This document shows positions 26,355 through 42,189 of a stretch of DNA of 64,000 bases, piece after piece (position 1 is the stretch's first letter; each line of letters starts with the position of its first letter). Below the pieces are notes generated by a model that saw only the letters and a program-made list of their open reading frames with translations, did no database searches and was not told the DNA's origin. Source of the DNA: the human T2T-CHM13v2.0 reference genome, Homo sapiens; assembly GCF_009914755.1 (NCBI RefSeq), contig NC_060936.1, one strand, 5' to 3'. A program made the position numbers and the translations under genes.

Positions 26355-29300
26355 AAGCTTTACTAGGTTACAATTTACATACCACAAATTTTTCCCACTT
26401 TAATATGTGAATGCAAAATTTGAGGTTTTTTAGTAAATTTATCACAATTTCACAACCATCTTCACAATCCAGATTTAGGACACTTCCATCACCTCCAAAA
26501 GTTTCCCTGTGCAGTCTACAGCCAGCCTCAATCCCATCCCTAACCCTGGATAACCACTCACCTGCTTTCTGTTTCTCTACTTTTGCCTTTTCTTTTCATA
26601 TGATTAGATTTCATATAAACGGAGTCATCTATTATGTGTCTTTTGTGGCTGTTTTTTTTCACTTAGCACACTGTTTTTGAGTTTTATCTGTGTTGTTGCA
26701 TATATCAGTAGTTCATTCCTTTCTATTGCTGAGTAGTTCCCTTGTGGTGTAGATATGCCAAATCTTCTGTATCCATTCACCAGTTGATGGATATTGATTT
26801 GTTTCCAGTTTATGACTGTGAAAAATGAATAATGCAGCTATGAACATTTATGCACAAGACCTTTTGTGGGCCTATGTTTCCATTTCTTTTCGGTACATAT
26901 TTGGGAGTGGAATTGCTGGGTTGAATGAGAAATGTTTAACTTTTAAGAAACCACCTGCCTATTGGCTTTATCATTCCACTGTACATTCCACCAGCAATGT
27001 CAGAGAATTTCTGCACTTCTTCACCCAAATTTGGCATTGACAGCCTTTTAAATTTTAGCCATTCTAGTGGTATGTAGTTGTATCACATTGTGGTTTTAAT
27101 TTGCTTTTCAGTAGTGACTAGTTATGTTAAGCATCTTTTCATGTGCTTACTAGTAAATTATATACTTTGTTTGGTCTATTATAATCTTTGTCCCATTTCT
27201 TAAAGAATTTTTTGTCCTCTTCTCATAAAGTTATATGAATTATTTGTGTATTCTGAAATTCTTTATTAAATATATAATTTGTAAATATTTCTCCCAGTCT
27301 TTAAATTGGCCTTCATTTTCTAGTGGTGTCCTTTGAAGAGCAAAAGTTTTTAATTGTAATAAAGTACAGTTTATCAATTTTTTCTTTTATGGATGCTTTT
27401 GATATCATACCTAAGAAATCTTTGCCTACTCAAGGTCATCAAGATTATGTTCCTTGTATTAGATTTATACTTTTAGATCTATTTTGTGCTATAATCAATT
27501 TTGTGTTAATTTTGGCTGTGGGGAAAGAAGGGTCTAAGATCTCTATTTTGAGGGAAAGGCAGTGTATACATGTGGTTAGCCAACTGTTTCAGCAGAATTG
27601 GTTGGAAAGGCTCTCCTTTCCCAATTGAAATCTCTTTACATGTTTAGCAAATCAATTCAACATCAAACTTTTTTTCCTGGTGTGTCCATTCTGTTCTATT
27701 GCTCTATAGGTCTGTTTTTATGCTAATACCACAGTTTTGAATATTGCAGCATTATATAGTGAGTTTTAAAATCAGGTGGTATAAGCCCTCAAAACTTCTC
27801 TTGTTTCTCAAAAGTAATTTGACAATTTTAGATCCTGCTCATTTCCAGAAAAATGTTAGGATCAGATTATCAGTTCCTAGAAAAAAGCATGCTGGGATTT
27901 TGATAGGAATTATATGGAATCTATAGATCATTTTGAGAAGAACTGCCATCTTCACAATATTGAATTCATCAATCTACAAAAATGATATCTCTCTCTATTA
28001 TTTATATATTCCTTAATTTCTCTCAGCAATAGTTTATAGTTTTTGGTATACAAGTCTTGCACTTCTTTTGTTAAATATATTCCTAAGTATGTTATTCTTT
28101 TTTAAGTTGTGATGAATGTAAGGGTTTTCTTAATTTTGAGATTGTTGCTTGGTAGTATATAAAACCACAATTCATTTTTGCATATTGATCTATATTTTGC
28201 TACCTTGCTAAACTCTCTTGTTAGTTCACTTTTTTGGTAGATTCCTTAGGTTTCTCTACGTACAAAATGATATTATGTCTATATAAAGGCAGTTTACCTC
28301 TTTCTTTTTAATCCCTATGCCTTGAATTTCTATTTTTTGCCCTTCGCACTGGTTAAATTTCCAGTAAAATAGGCAATAAAAGTAATCAGAGTGGACATCT
28401 TTGGCTTCTTTCTGGCCTTGTTTAAAAGAATTGTCTTTCACTATTAAGTACAATGTAAATTGTACTCCACTTATCTGTTGGAGGAAGTTCCCTTCTACTT
28501 GTCATTTTAAAGTTTTATCAAAATACATATTGAATTTTTTTCAGATGCTTTTCTGTATCTCTTAAAATTATTGCATGGTTTTTGTTCTTTATTCTATTAA
28601 TATGGTGTATTATATTTATATTATTTTATTTTCAGATATTAAACAATTTTGCATTCAAGGGATAAACTCCACTTAGTCATGGAGTGTTCAATTTAATTTG
28701 CTGATATTTTGTTAATACATTATGTGTCTATAGTCATGAAAAATATTGGTTTATAGTTTCCTTTTCTAGGATGTTTTTGTCCAGTTTGATATCAGATAGC
28801 TATCTAAAACAGACTCATAATATGAGTTAGAATGTGCTTCTTCTATTATCAGAAAGAGTTTGTGTAGAATTGTTACTTCTTGGTAAATTTTTGATGAAAT
28901 CAAAAGTGAAGATATCTAGACCTGGGCTTTTCTTTTTGTGAAGATTTTCAGTTAGCGATCTAACTTATTTTCTTTTTTATTAATATTTTTAATGGACAAA
29001 TAAAAACTGTACATATTCATCACATACAACAATTTTTTTGAACTATGTGTACATTGTAGAATGGCTATATCAATACCTCACATACTTACTTTTTTGGTGG
29101 TGAGAACACTTAAAGCCTACTCTCAGCAATTTTCAAGAATACAGTACATTGTTCTTAAATGTAGTCACCATGTTTTACAACAGATCTCTTGAACTTATTC
29201 TTCTTATCTAACTAGAATTTTGTATCCTTTGACTAATTTCTCTCCAGCCTTTCCTTTTTGCTCCAGCCCCACCCCATCCCCTGGTAACCACCATTCCACT

Positions 29301-30970
29301 GTCTATTTCTATGAATTAAACTTCTTTATATTCCACATACAAGTGAGATTATGGAGTGTTTGTCTTTCTGTGTCTGGCTTATTTTACTTAATAGTATATC
29401 CTCCAGGTTTATCCATGTAGTTGCAAATTATTTATTTTCTTAACATAGATATATTAAGGTTTTCTGTTTCTTCTTGTGTCAGTTTCAGTAATTTGTGCTT
29501 TTTAGCAATGTTTCCATTTCACCAAAATTATCTAATTTTTTGGCATAAAGTTGCACTTAATAGTTCCTTGTATTCCTTTTAATTTCTTTTTGCAACGACA
29601 TCTCCATTTTCATTCCTGATTTTAGTAATTTGTATATCTTTTTTCTTCTTCATCAGTCTAACTAAAGATTTATTAAATTGTTGGTCTTTGTAAATAAACA
29701 ATTTTTGTTTTCACTGACTTCCTCTATTTTTCTGTTTTCTGTTTTATTGACTTCTACTGTAATCTCTATTACTTCCTTCTTACTACTTATTTAGGGTTTA
29801 ATATGCTCTTTCTTCCATAGTTTCTTAAGGTATTTACTTAGATTACTGATTTTTAGATGTTACTTCCTTTCCAATATAATTATGCAAATCTATGAATTTC
29901 TCACTAAGTACTTCCTTAGCTGCACCCCATAATTTTTGATATGTTGTATTTTTATTTTAACTTAGTTCAAGATATTGCATAACTTTCCTTTTTATTTCTT
30001 CTTTTACCCATGGGTTATTTAGAAATGTTTCTGTTTAATTTCAAAATATTTGGGAATTTCCCATGTTTCTTTTTTGTTGTTTATTAATTTAATTCCGTTG
30101 CAGTCAAAGAACATACTTTTTACAAGCCAATCCTAAAAAAAACTATTGAGACTAATTTTATGACCTAATATATGGTTTATCCTGGATAATGTTCTGTGTA
30201 TGCTTGAAACAGAAGTACATACTGTTATTATTGGGTGAAGTGTTCTATACATGGGAGTTTTGTCTAGTTAATAGGGTAGTTTATTAAAATAGGGTAAGTA
30301 GTCTATTCTGCCTGATCTTTTGTATAGTTGTTTTATCAATTACTCAGAGATGAGTATTGAAATATCCAATTGTAACATTTGAATTGTCATTTTTCTCTCT
30401 TCAAGCAGGTCAGATTTTGCCTTGTATATTTTAGGGCCCTTTAAATGGTGCATGTACAATTATAATTGTCATATATTTTACATATACTTACCCTTTAATC
30501 AATAGCAAATGTCATTCTTAGTCTCTATTAATCACTTTTTCTTAAAGTTTACTCTGTCTGATACTAATATAGCCACTCAAACTCTTTTTTGGTCACTGTT
30601 TCAATGGCATATCTTCTTCCATCCTTTTATTTTCAACCTATTTGCATCTTTGAATCAAAATGTGGGATTTATAGACAACATGTATTGAAAGTGCATCACT
30701 TATAGACAGCATATAGTTGAACCATGTTTTATTTAATTTACTCTGATAGTCTCTGCCCTTGGATTAGAGTGCTTCATCCATTCATATGTAATGTCATTAA
30801 TGATATAATTAGATGTATGTCTGCCATTTTGCTATTTTTTAATATTTGAGTTATTTTGGTGCATCTGTTTCTTGTTTCCTGCCTTTTATAGAATTAAAAA
30901 TATTTTTAGTTTATCTTGTTAATTTTTGGACAATCTTGTAGCTATATTTTTCAAGTTATTTTTTAGTGGG
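26355..30970 (-). mobile_element. Long old L1M (L1MB/MC type), interrupted by an L1MA
   Basis: Continuous T-rich antisense L1 from 3'UTR into ORF2 (acattccaccagcaatg, gaagagcaaaagtttttaatt, gctgggattttgataggaatt, cccatgggttatttagaa). Confidence 0.88.
28972..29428 (-). mobile_element. L1MA (approx. L1MA8/9) 3' end nested in the older L1
   Basis: A second L1 3' end restarts mid-element: atggacaaataaaaactgta...gtgagaacacttaaag...gatctcttgaacttattc...ccaggtttatccatgtagttgcaaat. Confidence 0.8.
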
Positions 30971-32739
30971 TGCTCTAAGTACTAAAATATTTTCTATGTT
31001 TTTAGTGTAATTCAAAAGCAATTCATGTGAAAACTGCTTTCATAGAAGTAGGGGACATTTAATACAGTATTTACCCTGTTAGTAACAAAGTCTCCACCAC
31101 CTTCACAATCTTAACACAATCCCAGAGAAGAGCTTTCTAAGATTTCTAATAGCTCTCTTCCACCTATTCCAGATTTTCAGCTCAAACAGTAATGGAGCAT
31201 TAGCCAAGAAAGACATATGGACAGAGACAGAGACCAACTGTGTTTCTCGTCAGGATTTTTGTAACAGTTGTGCCTTATAACACCCATCACCAGATTTATA
31301 ACATTTTCAAATACACTGCACCTTAAATTTCTTAATAATCCTGAAAGTTCCATTCCTGTAAGTGTTAGGCATAATCATCCTAAATCACAACTGGGATAAT
31401 CATTGAGTATCCGTGGCACATAATAAAAACATCCCTGAACACAGACCAGGAAAAAGTAGGAAGCCAACTTATTCAATAACCCAATATAGAAATCACTCTA
31501 AAGATGGAAAGATTTGTTTCTACTTGAAGATTAAATATACACTTTAAAGAGAATCCTGTCCAACTGTCGTCATGACTTGTAATTAGCCCTGAGTGTAGTT
31601 AAGACATAATGAACTACACAACAATGGAACTAGGGAAGGAAACCACCTTCTCCACCACCTTCCTGGAGACACTGCTGAGCATGATAGCGTGTAACACTGC
31701 TGCTCTGGCCTGGTTAGACTGACAGCATCATCAAATGCAATTAAATTTCACAAAATGTCAAAATACAGCAAGAAAACCATATCACATAATGTCACAGTAG
31801 CTCTACATCTGAAGAAATTCTTTGCATAATTTATTGAGCATGTGCTATTGCACTGCATGATCAAAGCAAAAGGAAGAAAAAGAAGCAAGGGCCACTAATG
31901 TGGGCCCAAACTGACCACCTGAAACACAAAGCTGTGATTTGCATAGTGATCATAGGGCTGTGGATTACAGTACATCAGAGCCCTAAATCAGAGGTACAAG
32001 CTTGGGAACCATACCAGTGAAACTGTCTTTGGAGCTTAGGTTATAAGAGGGTTTATCACTTTCTATTCACGGGGCCTCCCAGCTATTATCAATGCAACGC
32101 AGTGAGTCTGAAGCAGAGCACTGACTGGCCACAATGAGTTATGTATTTTCTTTTGGTCTAATAGAAACTTTCTTTGAAAAGAAGGAGCTTTATTAAGATG
32201 CTGGAGGTTTCTTCACAGGAATATAACAATATTTGGCTGAAATTACAGGATGTTAAATAAATGACTCAATGTGGTACCTTGAGCATCAGTCTCCATTGTT
32301 AGAGCCAGCACCCTAATCAGCTGTGACAGGGAGTGAGGATCCATGGGGCAGAAGGGAGCAGAGCCAGATGCTGAGAGATCTCAGAGTTGGAAGGAAACAG
32401 CTGACAGCAGAGTACATCCTGTCAGTCCAGAAGCTCAGGAGCTGTGATCTGAATTCAGCACGCGGGGAGGAGGAGGCCACGCACACCAGCTTCCTTCTCT
32501 GTAGCCTCCTGGACAGTCACCGCCAGGGAAACGCCAATGACAGCTAAAAGGAGCTGCCCACATGTGGGAGGCCAGGGAGTGCAGGGTTTTACAAGCTTGA
32601 ACAGACCTTAAGAATCACCCAACTTGCTCATTTCACACATCAGGCAAAGGGATGGCAAAGAGATTAATTGCACTGAGCTACCCAGAGGCTTATCCTTAGG
32701 ACGCAGACCCCACATTTATAATCCAAGTCGTCTATCCCT

Positions 32740-33448
<709 letters not shown>

Positions 33449-34129
33449 TGTGTTAATATTTTTATTTATAACGACTTGCAGAAAAAGCACAGCAGAAAAG
33501 TAAGTTATCAACTATTTTAGCATTATATGACTCTGTTTCAAAATACGGATTAAATTATGCAAGGATTTTAAAGCTTGATTGGGTGACTCCCCTGTGTTTT
33601 TAAAGAATAGCATTGTCTTCTGGCACACTGTGAAAGGCTGCATACTATCTTGTCCTTGCTTCGTACTGCTGTCTCATCTTTGCCACAATGTCCACAAGAG
33701 TTCGGGATTACCCAGCAGGGCAATTCAGCATGTTTAGGACGCCCACAAAAAATGGCTACACTTCCATCCCAACCACCATAGAAATGAGAAAAGTACAGCT
33801 CTATTTTAATTTTGCAATCAGAAAATCTGGACAAAAATTGATTTGACTTTTTGCATATGGGTAAATTTTGGGTTACTTCAAAACGTAAGATCTCTTTCCA
33901 ATTTGTATACATGTTGTTTCCCTTCCTCACCTAATTATACAAGCTAGGAAAAAGTAAAACTTATTTTTAATTACATGCCTTGGGGGCATATTTACAGCAT
34001 CTAATGGACTTAGATAGCTCCAACCATTGCGAACTATTAATAATTTTGCCCCGGTATTATATTATCTCCCTTCTATTCGTTTTTATATGATGCACTGCCA
34101 GCCTAAAATGTCTTTCTCAGTTATAGCCA

Positions 34130-35000
<871 letters not shown>

Positions 35001-35528
35001 ACCAGGCAAACTCTTCATTATTCAAAGTTCAAAAAGGTCTCCCAAAAACACCACCGACTCCTCTCCCTCTGAATTAGGATTTGTTCTTAGGCCTCCAATT
35101 GCACAGTGTGTGTGCCACTTATGGAGCTCATGTCAACCAGCCTATCCAGTCTGTTTACTGCCCTGTCTCCCTACTACATAAGGAACTCTTGCTGGCAGGA
35201 CATTTAATCTGTATTTGCTTGGTGTCTTTGTTTCTCCTTGAGATCTTTCCTCCATCCTGGTTCACTCTGCTTTTTGTCCAGAAGACTACCCTATACTATT
35301 TACAACGACAAGCTCCCATGTCCTCTGGCTTGCAGTTTGAGTGCAATGGAATGCCCTGACAAGACGTGAGAGGAAGGGAGGAAAGGAAAGTCAGTGTATC
35401 ATTCGTGTTGCCTTAAGATGGATGTGTCACTCCTTGCACTTCTCAAGGGGACATTTCTACAAGACTCTCTCATTCCAGGTTTGGGTAATTGTTGTGTTCT
35501 TTCTTCCTGTTAGCTCTAGGGGTGATAA

Positions 35529-37074
35529 TGTGTCCGGAATTGGTGGGTTCTTGGTCTCACTGACTTCAAGAATGAAGCCACGGACCCTTGCAGTGAGTGT
35601 TACAGTTCTTTAAGGCAGCGTGTCTGGAGTTTGTTCCTCCTGATGTTCGGATGTGTTCGGAGTTTCTTCCTTCTGGTGGGTTCATGGTTTCGCTGGCTCA
35701 GGAGTGAAGCTGCAGACCTCCACGGTGAGTGTTACAGCTCTTAAGGCGGCGCATCTGGAGTTGTTCGTTCCTCCTGGTGGGTTTGTGGTCTCGATGGCTT
35801 CAGGAGTGAAGCTGTAGACCTTCACAGTGAGTGTTATAGCTCATAAAGGCAGTGTGGACCCAAAGAGTGAGCAGCAGCAAGATTTATTGCAAAGAGCAAA
35901 AGAACAAGACTTCCATAATGTGGAAGGGGACCCGAGCATGTTGCCACTGCTGGCCCGGGCAGCCTGCGTTTATTGTCTTATCTGGCCCCACCCACATCCT
36001 GCTGATTGGTCCATTTTACAGAGAGCCAATTGGTCTGTTTTACAGAGAGCTGATTGGTCCGTTTTGACAGGGTGCTGATTGGTGCATTTACAATCCCTGA
36101 GCTAGACACAAAAGTTCTCCACGTGGGTCCCCACTAGATTAGCTAGATAAAGAGTGTCAATTGGTGTATTTACAAACTCTGAGCTAGACACAGAGTGCTG
36201 ATTGGTGCATTTACAAACCCTGAGCTAGACACAGAGTGCGGATTGGTGCATTCACAAACCCTTAGCTAGACATAAAGATTCTCCAAGTCCCCACCAGATT
36301 AACTAGATACAGAGTGCCCACTGGTGCATTCACAAACCCTGAACTGGACACAGGGTGCTGATTGGTGTGTTTACAAACCTTGAGCTAGATACACAGTGCT
36401 GACTGGTGTATTTACAATCCCTTAGCTAGACATAAAGATTCTCCAAGTCCCCACCAGACTCAGGAGCCTAGCTGGCTTCACCCAGTGGATCCCGCACTGG
36501 GGCCACAGGGTAGAGCTGCCTGCCAGTCCCGTGCTGTGCCCCCACACTCCTCAGCCCTTGGGCAGTGATGGGACTGGGCACCCTGGAGCAGGGAGCAGCG
36601 CTCGTCGGGGAGGCTCCGGTCGTGCAGGAGCCTGCAGCAGGGGCGGGGGTCGGGGGAGGCTCAGGTATGGCAGGCTGCAGGTCCTGAGCCCTGCCCCCTG
36701 GGGAGACAGCTAAGGCACTGCGAGAAATCGAGCACAGCAGCTGCTGGCCCAGGTGCTAAGCCCCTCACTGACCGGGGCAGGCGGGGCCGGCCGGCCGCTC
36801 CAAGTGTGGGGCCCGCCAAGCCCCTGCCCACCCGGAACTCCCGCTGGCCTGCAAGCGCCACCCGCAGCCCCGGTTCCCACCTGCGTCTCTCCCTCCACAC
36901 CTCCCCGCAAGCTGAGGGAGCAGGCTCTGGCCTTGGCCAGCCCAGAAAGGGGCTCCCACAGTGCAGCAGCGGGCTGAAGGGCTCCTCAAGCGCAGCCAGA
37001 GTGGGCACCAACACCAAGGAGGCGCCCAGAGTGAGCGAGGGCTGCAAGGGCTGCCAACACGCTGTCACCTCTCA
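35529..37074 (-). mobile_element. LTR12C (ERV9) solo LTR, full length 1546 bp
   Basis: Minus-strand termini TGAGAGGTGACAGCGTG...ACCAATTCCGGACACA; 4-bp TSD ATAA at 35525-35528 and 37075-37078; GC-rich U3 and tandem enhancer repeats. Confidence 0.96.
35960..36460 (-). promoter_or_regulatory. LTR12C promoter/enhancer: tandem ~40-bp units with CCAAT (NF-Y) boxes and AATAAA TATA-like element
   Basis: Eight ATTGG motifs on + between 36005 and 36365; repeated gagctagacacagagtgctgattggtgcatttacaa units; tttatt near 35970 (AATAAA on minus). Confidence 0.75.
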
Positions 37075-38309
37075 ATAACAGCAACTCTCCACTTACTAGC
37101 CTAGGGTACTCCACCATCACACCATCCTCTCTATGGCTATAAACCTGCCTTTGTGAACAAATCCTCCTCCAATTATCTTTACGTAAGTGTGCTTTCTTTT
37201 TCCTACTGAGGATGTGACTCATACATTATGTTTCCATCTGATTACATGCCTTCTTTTCTGTCAGCTGCTGAGAATAAGACTCTGATTTCACGGGTGTACA
37301 TTCTAGACCTAGACAGTGAATGGCACTCATTTGACTGGATGAATACATTTATTCTTTGCATTAAATCTTTCCTTTTTTTCTGTATTTGGTGTCTTCTAGG
37401 AGGGTGTCGAAGAGACTGTTTGTTGTGTATGGCAGATATTCCTGAGAGGTGTAGGGCCAGTGTGTGGAACAAGCCACTCAAGGGGAATATTCCTGGAATC
37501 AGTGGCTGGGTGTCTTCAGGGAGCAGGAAATCCCAGAAAGCATGCTGTAAATTGAATCAAAAGCTGTAATTATTTTAGTCTAAATCCACTTAGCTGTATC
37601 TAATAAATTCAAAGACACTGAATATATATTACCTGAGTCGATGAGACTTAAGAAATGAATAAAGAAAGGCGGTTTTCGTCGCTTGCCAGTCAGATTGAAT
37701 GGCCACATGCAGTAAAACCGCCAGAAGTGGCTTTTCCAAAATGCATTTTGTAGAAAACAGCCACATTTCTTCATCAAAGAGAAAGAAGGGTTGTGCTAAG
37801 TGTATTATTATAACATATATGACTTAAAATCCCGGGCTTGAGCACCTTACAGAACCATTTTTCCACATCTGACTAGTTTCAACAAAATAATGCCCATACC
37901 TAGAGAGGAGGAGATACTATCATGTCCTTTCCCCCACTTATCCTTTAAAACAGTCAGAGTTGCTGCAAACAAGCAGAGATTCCACATTTAAAACCATCTC
38001 TGGGACAGATCACTGAAGGATGACAGCTCTGGCATCTGCAGCTGAGGACGGTGGGTATCAGCAAGAAGATGATTTAATTATTTCTTGATGCCAAAGGAGG
38101 TTTCACCTGATTGTTTTCCAGCTGTTCCATATTAAAATAAATTGCACACATTTAAAAGAGCCAGTAAACAGGGTAGTAATGATTCGTATGCTCTCACATC
38201 TTAATAGTAAACTTTGTACAGAATTATTTTGGGTATAAATAAGGCAGAAAGCACATAGAGAAATTCCACTAATAGGTTCAGAAAGTGAGAAAAAGCCTGT
38301 ATGAAAAAC

Positions 38310-38770
<461 letters not shown>

Positions 38771-38787
38771 TAAAACAGATACATTCT

Positions 38788-39266
38788 TTTTTTAAATTTC
38801 AACCTTTACTTTAGATACAGGGGATACACATGCAGGTTTGTTACATATATACACTGTGTGATGTTGAGGTTTGGAGTATGGATCCTGTCACCCAGGTAGT
38901 GAGCATACTATCCAATAGGTAGTTTTTCTACCCACTCCCCTATCCCTTGATCCCTCCCACCTCTAATAGCCTTGATGCCAGCTGAGGCTTCACCTGATTG
39001 TTCTGCAGTGTCTGTTGTTCCCATGTTTGTGTCCATGTATGCCCAATGTTTGGCTTTCACTTATAAGTGAGAACATGTTGTATTTGGTCTTCTGTTCCTG
39101 TGTTAATTCACTTAAGATTATGGCCTCCAGCTGCATCCATATTGCTGCAAAGGACATGATTTTGTTGTTTTTTTATGGCTGCCTAGTATTTCATGTTGTA
39201 TATGTACCACATTTGTCTTATCCGATCAACCATTGATGAGTACCTAGGTTAATTACATGTCTTAGC
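38788..39266 (-). mobile_element. 5'-truncated L1PA15/16-like element
   Basis: Antisense L1 3' end; degenerate TSD taaaacagatacattct (38771-38787) and taaaatagctgcattct (39267-39283). Confidence 0.88.
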
Positions 39267-39454
39267 TAAAATAGCTGCATTCTGTCTTCTAACAATATGT
39301 GAAGGTAAGACAGGAAGATATTCCAAAAAGAGGAAAGTCATGGTATACCTGGAAATCTGAGATGTTCTTACAAACATCATCTCTGTTAGTATATGAAATA
39401 GGAATGGATTCTCCCTATTTCTAGGAAATGTTTAGAGAAAAGATTGAGAAATAA

Positions 39455-39759
<305 letters not shown>

Positions 39760-40729
39760 TGATGTTTTCAATACTTGATCAGTGAACTGTAGTTTCTACT
39801 AAAAGATTTAATTCAGCAAGCACAGCAATGGTGTGAATAGAAGCCTAAATGTTTAGCAAAGCAGATATATATTTAAACACACACAACAACAACAACAACA
39901 ACAGCATAATGGCAAAATATCAGGGAGTAAATATTAAGTCCTTAAAAGAAAAATGTTTTAAACTAGATAACAATTTTAACCTACACGGCTACAGAGATAG
40001 CTTGCTTCTTGTGCAAACAACTGCTGGAATAAGACACAATAAAACTATCAAAATCTAATATCAATTTTACTTCTAAATTATCTTTCTCTCATTTGTTTGG
40101 ATGAAGTCAGGTAATTAAATAATATCACAATTTATACAAAATGTTATTTAGCATGAGGACTACTAAAAAGATACATAAGAGAAATGAAGTGCTGCTTAAT
40201 AACTATCTATGGTATAGATGATTTTTCTCACTTTGGCTGCTGCACTTTGTTTCACACTCAAGGATTTGGGGTCCCCAGTTGACCTAAGTCTTCCAAACTG
40301 GTGTGTCAACTCCACCATGATCCTGGCATATCCCTTTAACTTTCTGCCTTTCGGTTATAGTTTTTTCCTTGGCTATATATTTTTTGCATTAATTTACTTT
40401 CTTTTCATTGAAATAAGATGATGAAGGCTTTTTATTCTAATATCCATAAACTCTGACTCATGCTATAATTTTACAATAAATGTGTTTTGTGTGTCTTAAA
40501 ATTGTTTTTCCAGATTATTATATTCTTTTCCTGAAATTAGTCAATTTCAATTAGTCAATATTTATTAAGTTAGACAGTGTGGAAAGAAGGATTGATGGGG
40601 GTTAAAAATGGAAGACTTCGAGGGCTTGTTAACCTAAGAATACAAACTGGCAAATGATAATTGCTGAATAAGGAAGGCAATAATAAGTGCTATAGGTTTC
40701 CAGATAGGTTGCAATGAACTGGACAGGTG

Positions 40730-41402
40730 TTTTTGTTTTTTGTTTTTTGTTTTATTATTATACTTTAAGTTTTAGGGTACTTGTGCACAACGTGCAGGTT
40801 TGTTACATATGTATACATGAGCCATGTTGGTGTGCTGCACCCATTAACTCATCATTTACATTAGGTATATCTCCTAATGCTATCCCTCCCCCCTCCCCCT
40901 ACCCCATGACAGGCCCCAGTGTGTGATGTTCCCCTTCCTGTATCCATGTGTTCTCATTGTTCAATTCCCACCTATGAATGAGAACATGCGGTGTTTGGTT
41001 TTTTGTCCTTGCGATAGTTTGCTGTGAATGATGGTTTCCAGCTTCATCCATGTCCCTACAAAGGACATGAACTCATCCCTTTTTATGGCTGCATAGTATT
41101 CCATGGTGTATATGTGCCACATTTTCTTAATCCAGTCTATCATTGATGGACATTTGGGTTGGTTCCAAGTCTTTGCTATTGTGAATAGTGCTGCAATAAA
41201 CATACGTGTGCATGTGTCTTTATAGCAGCATGATTTATAATCCTTTGGGTATATATCCAGTAATGGGATGGCTGGGTCAAATGGTATTTCTAGTTCTAGA
41301 TCCTTGAGGAATTGCCACACTGTCTTCCACAATGGTTGAACTAGTTTACAGTCCCACCAACAGTGTAAAAGTGTTCCTATTTCTCCACACCCTCTCCAGC
41401 AC
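40730..41402 (-). mobile_element. 5'-truncated L1PA (approx. PA4-6) retaining an open ORF2 C-terminus (40961-41332)
   Basis: ORF ...WKTVWQFLKDLELEIPFDPAIPLL...KHRMFSFIGGN is the L1 ORF2p C-terminus; TSD CTGGACAGGTG at 40719-40729 and 41403-41413. Confidence 0.96.
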
Positions 41403-42189
41403 CTGGACAGGTGGTTTAAAAAAAGTATTAAATGGATTGTTTTATGCCAAAAGAAATTATTGGGGAGAAGGTGTGGAGATGGATGACAATACTAAAACCA
41501 TCACAAGCAGAAAGGACAGATACATTACATAGCAGAGAGGAAGGGGATGTGGTGAGAGCAAAGTACTGCAAAATGGCAGTGGGAGATGAGACTGGAAATG
41601 TGGACACAAGGCCAATGAGTGTACAGCTGCCGGAGAAAGACAGTGCAGGGGATGTCATCACAGGCTCTCAGGTGCCTATGATGTCCCTTCCAATCCTGGT
41701 TCTTCCACCTATCAGCCTCAGTTTCCTCAACTGCAAAATGGAGATGATAACAGCAAGTAGCCTCAGAGAATTCCTGTCAGTATTGAATAGGAGAACTTCT
41801 TCCACAGTGCATACTGTATCAAGGGATCAAAAAAGCATGAGTTCTTATTATTCACCACATTGGGTCTTGTTGGGTCTTGTTGTGTCACCATTAGTGAGGT
41901 CTTGCTCTACTGTGACATGACAAATCACACATCTGGAAAACAATACCCATTACCCTTTTCAGATGGAGGAGGCCACTCTTCCCACATCCCTTTCATGCAG
42001 GTTTCTCAACACAGTTTAAAGTCAGTCCAACAACACAGATTTGAACTGGTCTCCTCTTACCCAGCCACAACATCCCATTATCCCCAACAGCCTCCAGGAC
42101 GAAGCCTCTCACCTCTGTACTCAGCTGGAGGTTCCCAACAGTGCTCCAGTACCATCTTTTATATATGCTGACCTTCCCAGTACAGTGAA

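Larger units (their letters stand above)
35210..37225 (+). mobile_element. LTR33-like (ERVL) solo LTR interrupted by LTR12C (pieces 35210-35528 and 37075-37225)
   Basis: gctcccatgtcctctggcttgc...ctaggggtgataa|cagc...ctagggtactccaccatc...tgactcataca resumes colinearly after the insertion. Confidence 0.65.

Noticed and set aside
33568-33930. 120-aa minus-strand ORF in apparently unique sequence
   Set aside because: GTG start and no recognisable homology; length is within chance expectation for 64 kb.
36000-36460. Regularly spaced ~40-bp repeats resembling a CRISPR-like array
   Set aside because: These are the tandem enhancer repeats of LTR12C, without unique spacers, in eukaryotic DNA.
36531-37222. 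Many overlapping ORFs and CpG-island-like composition
   Set aside because: Explained by the GC-rich U3 of LTR12C, where stop codons are scarce.
37480-37535. NF-kB-like sites (GGGAATATTCC, GGAAATCCC)
   Set aside because: Short motifs expected by chance at this window size.
40961-41332. 123-aa ORF with clear protein similarity
   Set aside because: It is the L1 ORF2p C-terminus in a 5'-truncated insertion with no promoter, not a host gene.
41432-42171. 162-aa and 103-aa plus-strand ORFs
   Set aside because: The first runs through a MIR (SLSFLNCKMEMI); neither resembles a known family or has clear exon boundaries.
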